Shown here piece by piece: positions 7,439-14,726 of a DNA stretch of 15,050 nucleotides (positions are counted from its first letter, which is position 1; each line of letters opens with the position of its first letter). This DNA is from a bacterium. Its GTDB lineage: Bacteria; Fidelibacterota; Marinisomatia; Marinisomatales; UBA1611. A model generated the notes under the pieces. The model searched no databases, was not told where the DNA came from, and saw nothing but the letters and a program-made list of their open reading frames with translations. Location: NCBI GenBank assembly GCA_038127595.1, contig JAYPIC010000039.1:958-16007 (forward strand), given 5' to 3'. The position numbers and the translations under genes were made by a program.

Positions 7439-8428
7439 TTAATAATACCTCGGCATATTTTCTAAAATATGATCCGCAAATCGTTGAAATCCTATGTCAT
7501 TATAGTGAATACCATCTACGGTAGCTTCATGATCTGAGCCTAGGCATCCATTTTGCCCAATTAAGTGCATGTCTTTAAAACCTAATTTTTCACATTCTTT
7601 TATTTCATTCAATAATAGTAAGTTTTTTTTTCTCACGTCTTCATCTATATACGCATCGTGCATTAGTGGTTGCTCAATGAAAGCTATAGGACATTGATTA
7701 ACATCATTTTTATTCCTTATAGATTTAACTAGTGGAATAACCAGCGATTTAATTTGCGTTATATTAACATTTGGAAGACAATCTATTATAATACATTTAG
7801 CATTCATTTTTGATAATATATCCCCAATTTCAGTTTCTAAATGTCCATTTCCACTAAATCCAAGGTTAATACACGGATGAATAGTTTTCCTTGATATAAT
7901 ATTTGTATGAGCCATTCCAGGCCTTGATGCGCAACCTCCCTGCGTAATGCTAGTTCCATAAAACACAATCGGTTTATTGTCATTTTTTATGAATTTAAAA
8001 TTACTATCATCATCTATGCCTATATTCAGATCAACTATAGAGTCATAAAGCGGGAGATAGAGGCATAAAGTTTTCTTATTTACTTCATTAAATTTTATTA
8101 AGTGTTCATTCTTATTGGAATTAGGCAGGCCAGTTGAAAGATATTTCCATTGGTCATTTACGCATTCATAAACATCTAGACCTTTAATACCAGCATCTGT
8201 CATGTGATTCATTTCAAAATCTAATTTTACTCTCCATTTAAGCTTGAGATTTTTACTATTTGTATTTAGCTGTATGCTTACACCCGCATTATTTTCTGAA
8301 AGATCCCAAACTTTTTTTCTAATACTATTTTTATACTTTTCAGGAAATCTTTGGAAGGGATATTTTCTAAATTCATTTGGCTCAATTATATTTTGAGCGT
8401 CTAAGGATTTTGGAGTGAAATATTTCAC
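7439..8428 (-). CDS. SGNH/GDSL hydrolase with N-terminal GxDLY domain (probable carbohydrate acetylesterase)
   Basis: 329 aa. GLDVY motif, block I FYGTSITQGGCASRPG, NLGFSGNG, DCLPN and catalytic DGIH. The GTG start overlaps the upstream TAG stop (TAGTG, 8426-8430). Confidence 0.88.
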   Translation of the reverse strand: MKYFTPKSLDAQNIIEPNEFRKYPFQRFPEKYKNSIRKKVWDLSENNAGVSIQLNTNSKNLKLKWRVKLDFEMNHMTDAGIKGLDVYECVNDQWKYLSTGLPNSNKNEHLIKFNEVNKKTLCLYLPLYDSIVDLNIGIDDDSNFKFIKNDNKPIVFYGTSITQGGCASRPGMAHTNIISRKTIHPCINLGFSGNGHLETEIGDILSKMNAKCIIIDCLPNVNITQIKSLVIPLVKSIRNKNDVNQCPIAFIEQPLMHDAYIDEDVRKKNLLLLNEIKECEKLGFKDMHLIGQNGCLGSDHEATVDGIHYNDIGFQRFADHILENMPRYY

Positions 8429-9201
8429 TATTTAATATCTTTTAAAATTGGATTTATAATGTCAATCCAATTTTGATAACCAAGATCATTTAAATGCACA
8501 CCATCAGTACTAAATTTGGGGTTTAGCTGAAGGTCTTCATTTAAAAAAGTAGAATGTAGGTCGATAATATTTAATGATAAGTTGCTCTTTAAATTTTTAT
8601 TGACTTCATTAATTTGTTCATTTATCGAAGGCGAGTAATCAGCATGAAGAAATTCAATATTTGGTTTCTCAGTTAGATACTGATTATTATTTATTGGGAT
8701 AATTGTTTGTGTATAGATTTTAGTGTTTGGCGATTTTTTATTTATGATATCAGAAATTAAGAAAATATTATTTGCAACATATTCCGGCGTTCTTTCTGGT
8801 CGACTTCGATTATCCTCAAACAAATCATTTACACCGATGAGTAAAAAAACCGCTTTGGGCTTATAATGTATTATCTCTTCTAATCTAGCTAATACACCAT
8901 CAGTATGATCTCCCGATATGCCTCTATTGACAATATTGTTACCTGACAACTTATCAGTATGGCGCAACAAACCTTGAGTGATACTATTACCAAGAAATAC
9001 TATTTTATTAAAGCCAACAGGAGAGACTTTAAACTCTGATAACTTTTTATGATAAAAATCTTTTTGCCAATCTTGCTGATATTTTATATTAGTATTTATG
9101 CTTGGGTATAACTCTTTTTCAACTACACTCATACCACCACCGCAATTAAAGAAAATTTGAACTACATATAGACAAAAAAATAATCTAAGTATAATATTCA
9201 A
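8428..9201 (-). CDS. SGNH/GDSL esterase, possible lipoprotein
   Basis: 257 aa. FLGNSITQG, NRGISGD, LLIGVND and DGVHLN blocks. Hydrophobic N-terminus ending in FFNC (possible lipobox). TTG start; the downstream Met (MSVVEK) is an alternative start. Confidence 0.88.
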   Translation of the reverse strand: MNIILRLFFCLYVVQIFFNCGGGMSVVEKELYPSINTNIKYQQDWQKDFYHKKLSEFKVSPVGFNKIVFLGNSITQGLLRHTDKLSGNNIVNRGISGDHTDGVLARLEEIIHYKPKAVFLLIGVNDLFEDNRSRPERTPEYVANNIFLISDIINKKSPNTKIYTQTIIPINNNQYLTEKPNIEFLHADYSPSINEQINEVNKNLKSNLSLNIIDLHSTFLNEDLQLNPKFSTDGVHLNDLGYQNWIDIINPILKDIK

Positions 9202-9220
9202 CTAGGTCTGAATTTGTACC

Positions 9221-12200
9221 TTAGAAATTAAATCTAAAACCAAAATCTATAGTGCTACCATAATGTTGCTCTAGCGTTTTTGCACGACTTTTTACAGGTA
9301 TTGTACCTAGATGATCATCTATATTATCATAATTTTGTGATGTAAGGTCTTCATACATCTCAGTGGTAAATGATGGATCAGCTCGATTAAATCCTCGCTT
9401 TCGAGTTATGTCTATCGCCTCATTAAGGTTAGCTATGTTTAAGTAAAGCTCTAAACCATCGATAGGAAGTTTTTGTTTCATAGATAAATCATATCTTCTG
9501 TAAGCATCAGTTGTTTCTCGCATTTCAGGCCAAAAATTCGTTGAGGTAAATACATCAGACATATAAAGCATGGATAGCCTTCCAGAAAAACCTTTGTAAT
9601 CATAGCCTAATGAAAAATTAAATATCTCATTTGGTTGATCAATCAATCTGTCAACATAGAAACTGTCCACGTTGGTTGTGATGACTTGAAAAGAGGGTAC
9701 AAAAACAAACTCTTGTTTGATTTCTGTTCTCGGGTATTTTACTTCTGAGAAAGTCCTGGTGTAGTTAGCATTAAAAACAAGACCACTTAACATGCCAGGT
9801 AAATACCAAAAACGAGTCTGATAATCGATCTCAAAACCATTTAGATCAACTGGATAAGGGTTATTTGACGTATAATCAGCGATAATTTGTTTTTCAGTAA
9901 AGTGGGGAAGGTCATATAGTGAATCAGCGGCACCTTCAACAATGTACCTACGGCCGCTGCTGTAGATCAAACCTTCAATTTCTTTCGTAAAATAACTAAA
10001 TGTTAATAAGCCAAGCTTATCGTTGTTAAATGAGATAACATAATCCTTATTCGTAGATACACCTGGCTCGAGAAATTTATTTCGATAAAGAACTTGTCCA
10101 AAATTACCTTGGTAATTATAAAACGGAATAAAATCGGCATAACTTGGACGCGTCAATGTTTTTGTGCTAGCATACCTTAAAGAAAGCCAGTCAAAGGGGT
10201 CATACTTAAGGAATAAAGCGGGAAGGGAATGAGTATTAGTTCTTTTATGTGTATTTATAGTATCAGAACCAGCTGCACTAAAGTCAGGAAATGTACTTTG
10301 TATACCTTTATAGCTATTATAATTAGTCTCTATCTCTTCCGTTCTGCTACCTGCAATAACATTTAATTTTGAACCGATGTTAAAATCAACCATAGCATAA
10401 CTAGCATTATAATTTTCTGTACCATCATAATCAAATATTAAGGAATTAGTCGCGTGAAATTTGTGAAGTCTTTGTTCATGATATCCAGCATTATAGAAAA
10501 AGGCATCAGATCTAAATAAGTCTATTAAAGATCTCATTCGACCTAAGTCGGCGGCTGGCCCTATATCATATTTCCCGCCTAAAAAACCATCAAGATCATA
10601 ACTATCATCACTAAAAGCTTGATAATTAATTTGCTGAAAACCAGCATCAGCATACTCGTCTAGCCAATCAAAATGCACTATCGCAGAATCTCTACGTTCA
10701 TTTAAGGCAGAATTATTAGTTACCCAGGTAACTAATTCTTGGTTTTGATCATGGTCTCTTTTTTTGTCGCGTGATTTGTAACCAGCTTTTATTTTTCCAG
10801 ATATTTTATTAAATAAATTAAAATCATACTCAACGTTCATCCCAAATGAAGATTCTTTTTCAATCGTTTTATTTTCTCTGTAGTTAGCTCCTAACCAATA
10901 AGCAGAATTAGTATTATTTTTAGTATAATTTTGAATGTTTTCCACACTTTTCTTTAAAACTGATTCAGTATAGGCATCTTGTTCCTCAAATTCATATCTG
11001 TAATTAATACTATCATTTTTTGATAAAGAAAATGAGGTGTAAGCATCTAAAGTAAGATTATTAAAAAGTTTTTGTTCATATTTCCACGTTTCTGATATTA
11101 CGGTAATATCATTTTCACCTTGCCCTGTATTATAATATCTATCTTCAGCAGTTAGAGCATAAATGTCAGAATAGTTAATTTGGCTCTTGTCAATTTTACT
11201 ATTTAGGGCGGTATAGCTGATATTTCCTTGTGGAATGTTATAGTCAAATACAAAAAGATTATTACTACGATCATTTAATCTATTTATATCAGTTAGATAC
11301 ATATTTAAGAGTTGAAGTGAGTTTACAGAATCAAGATTGGCAGGTGCGTTATCATATCTGGCTCCTAGGTCATGTGAGCTTCTATTTCTATTCTCAAGAT
11401 CTAATTGAGCTAATACGCCTAATTTATTATTTAAAAATCTATTTCCTATTGTAGCAACATACTTATAATCTCCTGCCTCTTTATCTAGACCGTTATAGAT
11501 ACCCTGCGCAATTACATTTCCATGCAAGCCAGGTTTTGCCTTTTTAAGAATGAAATTTACGGTCCCTCCAAGAACATCTCCATCTTGATCAGGTGTACCA
11601 GCTTTGGTTACTTCAATTCCTTCAAGCATATATTGAGATATCATACTTATATCAGTGCTCCTATTATTTGGATCTGTAGAGGCTAAGTTTGTTCCATTTA
11701 CGGTAATTTTATTGTATTTGGGTGATAGTCCTCGAATGACTACTTTATTACCTTCACCACCTTCACGTCTGATGGAAACACCTGGTATTCTCGCTACAGC
11801 TTCTGCAGCATTAGATTCTGGTAATTCTTGTATTCTATCTGAAGATACAATATTCTTTATGGATTTTGCTTTAAGTTGTTTATTGATAGCATCCATTTGA
11901 CCTCTTGCTTGGGCAGTAACAACAACTGTTTTACCTTCGACTGTAGTATACTTTAAATCAAAATCAAGCTCGTATTTATCTTGATCTGAGATGGTAATCT
12001 CTTTTTTAATTGTTTCATAACCAATGTAAGTAACTTTTATTGTATAGTTACCAGGAGCAACATTAGAAATACTATACTTACCTGCATTATCTGTCGCCAT
12101 TCCCAGGCTAGTGCCCTCAATGATAACGTTTGCACCGATCAGTACATTGCCGTTGCTACTATCAGCGACAATCCCGGATATATTTGAGCTTTGCGATAAT

Positions 12201-12256
12201 GAAATACTAATTGTAAAAATAATTGAAAATGTTAATTTTTTAAGAAATGTTATCAT
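9221..12256 (-). CDS. TonB-dependent receptor with N-terminal carboxypeptidase-regulatory-like domain (not SusC-type)
   Basis: 1011 aa. Sec signal, GIVADSSNGNVLIGANVII...YTIKVTYIGY N-terminal domain, TonB-box-like VVVTA, plug (AEAVARIPGVS, IRGL, GIEVTKAGTPD..GGTVN) and C-terminal beta-signal DFGFRFNF. Confidence 0.95.
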   Translation of the reverse strand: MITFLKKLTFSIIFTISISLSQSSNISGIVADSSNGNVLIGANVIIEGTSLGMATDNAGKYSISNVAPGNYTIKVTYIGYETIKKEITISDQDKYELDFDLKYTTVEGKTVVVTAQARGQMDAINKQLKAKSIKNIVSSDRIQELPESNAAEAVARIPGVSIRREGGEGNKVVIRGLSPKYNKITVNGTNLASTDPNNRSTDISMISQYMLEGIEVTKAGTPDQDGDVLGGTVNFILKKAKPGLHGNVIAQGIYNGLDKEAGDYKYVATIGNRFLNNKLGVLAQLDLENRNRSSHDLGARYDNAPANLDSVNSLQLLNMYLTDINRLNDRSNNLFVFDYNIPQGNISYTALNSKIDKSQINYSDIYALTAEDRYYNTGQGENDITVISETWKYEQKLFNNLTLDAYTSFSLSKNDSINYRYEFEEQDAYTESVLKKSVENIQNYTKNNTNSAYWLGANYRENKTIEKESSFGMNVEYDFNLFNKISGKIKAGYKSRDKKRDHDQNQELVTWVTNNSALNERRDSAIVHFDWLDEYADAGFQQINYQAFSDDSYDLDGFLGGKYDIGPAADLGRMRSLIDLFRSDAFFYNAGYHEQRLHKFHATNSLIFDYDGTENYNASYAMVDFNIGSKLNVIAGSRTEEIETNYNSYKGIQSTFPDFSAAGSDTINTHKRTNTHSLPALFLKYDPFDWLSLRYASTKTLTRPSYADFIPFYNYQGNFGQVLYRNKFLEPGVSTNKDYVISFNNDKLGLLTFSYFTKEIEGLIYSSGRRYIVEGAADSLYDLPHFTEKQIIADYTSNNPYPVDLNGFEIDYQTRFWYLPGMLSGLVFNANYTRTFSEVKYPRTEIKQEFVFVPSFQVITTNVDSFYVDRLIDQPNEIFNFSLGYDYKGFSGRLSMLYMSDVFTSTNFWPEMRETTDAYRRYDLSMKQKLPIDGLELYLNIANLNEAIDITRKRGFNRADPSFTTEMYEDLTSQNYDNIDDHLGTIPVKSRAKTLEQHYGSTIDFGFRFNF

Positions 12257-12675
12257 AATTTAATTTTTTCTCCTTGCTCTAATTGTATTCCTAAATCAAT
12301 AAGTTCTGATTTTTTTTTATCCATAAGTTTTAGATTATTGCACTCGCTAGGTATGAACATTTTTGCAGCATGTCTTTTAAAACATGAACTAAGTAATTTT
12401 GTATAGTTTCCTGCTAGCCTTTGAATTTCTTTTTTTGTTTTTTCTTGTTTTTTTAATTCTTCAATACTTTTGAAAGCATTTCTTATTTCTCTTGCAATGT
12501 CAATAATTTCCATAGCCTCCTTGTGGCAACCACAGACATCTAATTTTGAGTATATATCTAGCGGTTTTTGAACTGGTTGAATAGATTTTTTAATAATTTT
12601 GTTATCTTCCTTACCGCAACCAGCTACAAAAAGTGTAATGTATAGAAGCGTTATGGTTTTTATTACTTTAGGCAT
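12253..12675 (-). CDS. Small Cys-rich, Lys-rich lipoprotein of unknown function
   Basis: 140 aa. Signal peptide with lipobox VAGC and four further Cys (CGC, SSC, SEC). Its stop overlaps the receptor start (ATGA, 12253-12256). Confidence 0.8.
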   Translation of the reverse strand: MPKVIKTITLLYITLFVAGCGKEDNKIIKKSIQPVQKPLDIYSKLDVCGCHKEAMEIIDIAREIRNAFKSIEELKKQEKTKKEIQRLAGNYTKLLSSCFKRHAAKMFIPSECNNLKLMDKKKSELIDLGIQLEQGEKIKL

Positions 12676-12710
12676 TTATATATCAAGTATTAATTATTAT
12701 TAATTTATAT

Positions 12711-12742
12711 AAAAAAAGGGGTAGTAGAACTACCCCTTTTTT
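12711..12742 (-). terminator. Rho-independent terminator (potentially bidirectional)
   Basis: A7-GGGGTAGT-aga-ACTACCCC-T6: perfect 8-bp stem with T tracts on both strands, about 40 nt downstream of the stop at 12782. Confidence 0.92.
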
Positions 12743-12781
12743 ATATGCGATTAAATTACATTAAATCGTCAGCTCAACAAA

Positions 12782-13255
12782 TTACTTCATTAGAGCCATT
12801 TTTTTCGTGATAGACGATGACCCATCAGTCAACGTGTAAAGGTAAATACCTGTTGAAACGTTGCTTCCTGCTTCATCACGTCCATCCCAGCGTAATACAT
12901 GAGTACCAGCTACTTTAGAACCGCTTGTAAGAGTTCTTACTTTTTGACCTAACATATTATAAATAGAAAGATCAACATTAGCTGCTTTATCTATGCTAAA
13001 TGTGATATCGGTAGTAGGGTTAAACGGATTAGGAAAGTTTTGAGCTAGCTCAAACTTAGCAGGGGTAATTTGCCCACCGTCAACACCCATTGTACTACTG
13101 GCCATCCACTCAGCTTTCTTATCTGGGAAGTTATTTAAGTCTCCCAATGGAAAACCACCATAACCATGTGTGTAAGCAACGGATGAAGTAGAGTAGGTAA
13201 AATCCATTGGTAATGGCCACTCGACTACTTCATAGTTGCCATCAGCTTGATGCAT
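12782..13255 (-). CDS. C-terminal fragment: WPLP/GFPLGDLNxFP segment plus FlgD-Ig/T9SS type-A-like sorting domain
   Basis: FELAQNFPNPFNPTTDITFSI...IYNMLGQKVRTL...WDGRD..G..VSTGIYLY...TKKMALMK. The frame is open 20 codons upstream of the Met (ILSTDWLDNGVHDTHTDRAW). Confidence 0.7.
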   Translation of the reverse strand: MHQADGNYEVVEWPLPMDFTYSTSSVAYTHGYGGFPLGDLNNFPDKKAEWMASSTMGVDGGQITPAKFELAQNFPNPFNPTTDITFSIDKAANVDLSIYNMLGQKVRTLTSGSKVAGTHVLRWDGRDEAGSNVSTGIYLYTLTDGSSSITKKMALMK

Positions 13256-13277
13256 CCATGCACGATCAGTATGAGTA

Positions 13278-14585
13278 TCATGTACTCCATTGTCTAACCA
13301 GTCTGTAGATAGGATCTAAGTTCCAACCTAAATCATCTCCTGCATAAATATTAGCTTCTTGAAAAACACCGTTTGCATATTGAGCTATAGTAGAATCGCC
13401 TACCCATTTGCTTTGTCCTGCAATCATTGTATCACAAAGTGAAACAACATTACCGCTAGCATCTGTAGAGTCATTTCCATCAGCGCCTTTTAGGTTCCAG
13501 CACCATGGATCCATATTAAACATAGCATGAAGTTCTGGTGTGTCTTTCCATCCGTTACGTTGGTATCGAATGTTTCTGTTATTATTATCCCAACACCATT
13601 GATTACCGGTAGCAGCTTCATTAGCTAAATTTGTACTATCAGTACACTCGCCCTGGTATAGAGTAGCCATTTTACCATGGCCATTTTCTCTATCATTATT
13701 CAATGAGATATTGGTGTTATCACCATTTCTTGTCTGACCATTTGCAGCTACATTGATAAATAGATTGTTTGTCCAATATGTGTTATTACCATGGCGGTAA
13801 AATTTTGGCCAATCAATAATATTTACAAAAGTGTTGTGATCAATTTCAATTACCTCATCTGGAGTTCTATCAACCAAACCGTTATCATAAATAACAAAAG
13901 CCTGGCCATGAGCACCTTCAATAGTATTGTTCTGGATTTTTAGTGAGTTCAGAGTACCAGTCCAGGCTCCACCGCCCCAAAAGAAACCACCGAAATACAT
14001 ACCAGCAGGATAGCATGAGTATTGTACCGCTTTACAGTTTTCAATTACCCAATCTTCTTGTTTACCAAAATTCCAATATGTTATTACCTCACTATGAACT
14101 GAAGTAACTCCATCCACATGAATGCTGTTGCGGTTTCCATAGGTAGCTAATACACCATGAAGTGTACCGCTTCCACCAGCAAAAACACCATTAAAAAGCA
14201 GATTTGCTATTTTATATGATTGATCATCGCCATAGGTTTTGATACTACCGGCAGGCCAGTATGCATTAAACTGTGATGCACCATCCGCACCTAAAATAGG
14301 TTTTATTTCTGCAGGACGAGAACCATCAGCATATGGAGCACCAATGACCTCACAGCTAGAATTAAGAATTAAGGTTGACTGCTGCAGGTATACTTTATTT
14401 GACTCAAGCATGTAAACATCATGAGCTTGCGTACCATCAGCAGAAGTATCAGCCATAATAGTGTTTTCAAATTCACCAGGTGCACCTGTCCATGTAACTA
14501 CCAATGTATCGGCAGCGGACAAAGTTGCAACTGAAATTAAAACACAAAAGCTGAGAATAAATCGATTTGATAGCAATTTTATCAT
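13278..14585 (-). CDS. N-terminal fragment of the secreted protein; signal peptide plus Asn/Gly/Trp-rich, probably parallel beta-helix domain
   Basis: Signal peptide ending TLSA-ADT. Beta-helix-like strands (IENCK, IQNNTIE, IDHNTFVN, WTNNLFIN). SD-like AAGGGA about 9 nt upstream of the ATG. Confidence 0.72.
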   Translation of the reverse strand: MIKLLSNRFILSFCVLISVATLSAADTLVVTWTGAPGEFENTIMADTSADGTQAHDVYMLESNKVYLQQSTLILNSSCEVIGAPYADGSRPAEIKPILGADGASQFNAYWPAGSIKTYGDDQSYKIANLLFNGVFAGGSGTLHGVLATYGNRNSIHVDGVTSVHSEVITYWNFGKQEDWVIENCKAVQYSCYPAGMYFGGFFWGGGAWTGTLNSLKIQNNTIEGAHGQAFVIYDNGLVDRTPDEVIEIDHNTFVNIIDWPKFYRHGNNTYWTNNLFINVAANGQTRNGDNTNISLNNDRENGHGKMATLYQGECTDSTNLANEAATGNQWCWDNNNRNIRYQRNGWKDTPELHAMFNMDPWCWNLKGADGNDSTDASGNVVSLCDTMIAGQSKWVGDSTIAQYANGVFQEANIYAGDDLGWNLDPIYRLVRQWST

Positions 14586-14617
14586 ATTGATTTTCCCTTC
14601 TTGTTTTGTTTTTTTAT

Positions 14618-14641
14618 TAGTCTCTTAAGCTTAAGATACTA
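14618..14641. promoter_or_regulatory. Palindromic operator candidate, copy 2 (TAGTCTCTTA-agct-TAAGATACTA), with an extra half-site AGTATCTT at 14650-14657
   Basis: Same arm length and spacing as 5576-5599, with 18 of 20 arm positions identical. Both copies are preceded by TAT. Confidence 0.75.
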
Positions 14642-14664
14642 AATTAATCAGTATCTTCTAGTAC

Positions 14665-14693
14665 ATATTAAACACTTTTTGTAATGGCATCAA
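14665..14693 (-). promoter_or_regulatory. Putative sigma70-type promoter for the secreted protein/receptor unit
   Basis: Minus strand TTGATG (14693-14688), 17-nt spacer, TAATAT (14670-14665). The predicted start near 14658 abuts the operator half-site. The AT-rich context lowers certainty. Confidence 0.5.
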
Positions 14694-14726
14694 CATTTTT
14701 ATTTATTTGATTTATGTTAGGATTAA

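Larger units (their letters stand above)
12782..14585 (-). pseudogene. Secreted protein of about 600 aa (beta-helix-like body plus FlgD-Ig/T9SS type-A-like C-terminal domain), interrupted by a frameshift at about 13278-13315; true lesion or sequence error
   Basis: The 435-aa ORF has a signal peptide but no sorting domain. The 157-aa ORF has the sorting domain but no signal peptide, and its frame is already open from 13315, overlapping the first ORF. The total span of 1804 nt is 3n+1. Confidence 0.75.

Noticed and set aside
11230..11454. 74-aa + strand ORF
   Set aside because: Antisense within the TonB receptor; no recognisable features.
11655..11900. 81-aa + strand ORF
   Set aside because: Antisense to the conserved receptor plug domain.
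12523..12540. CGCH in the lipoprotein as a heme c attachment site
   Set aside because: Spacing is CxCH, not CxxCH, and there is no cytochrome maturation context.
13278..13280. TGA as selenocysteine or read-through codon joining the two ORFs
   Set aside because: The downstream coding sequence is in a different frame, so read-through would not join them.
5576..14641. The two palindromes as ends of a mobile element
   Set aside because: No transposase or integrase and no target duplication seen; both copies sit in promoter regions and functionally linked genes lie on both sides.
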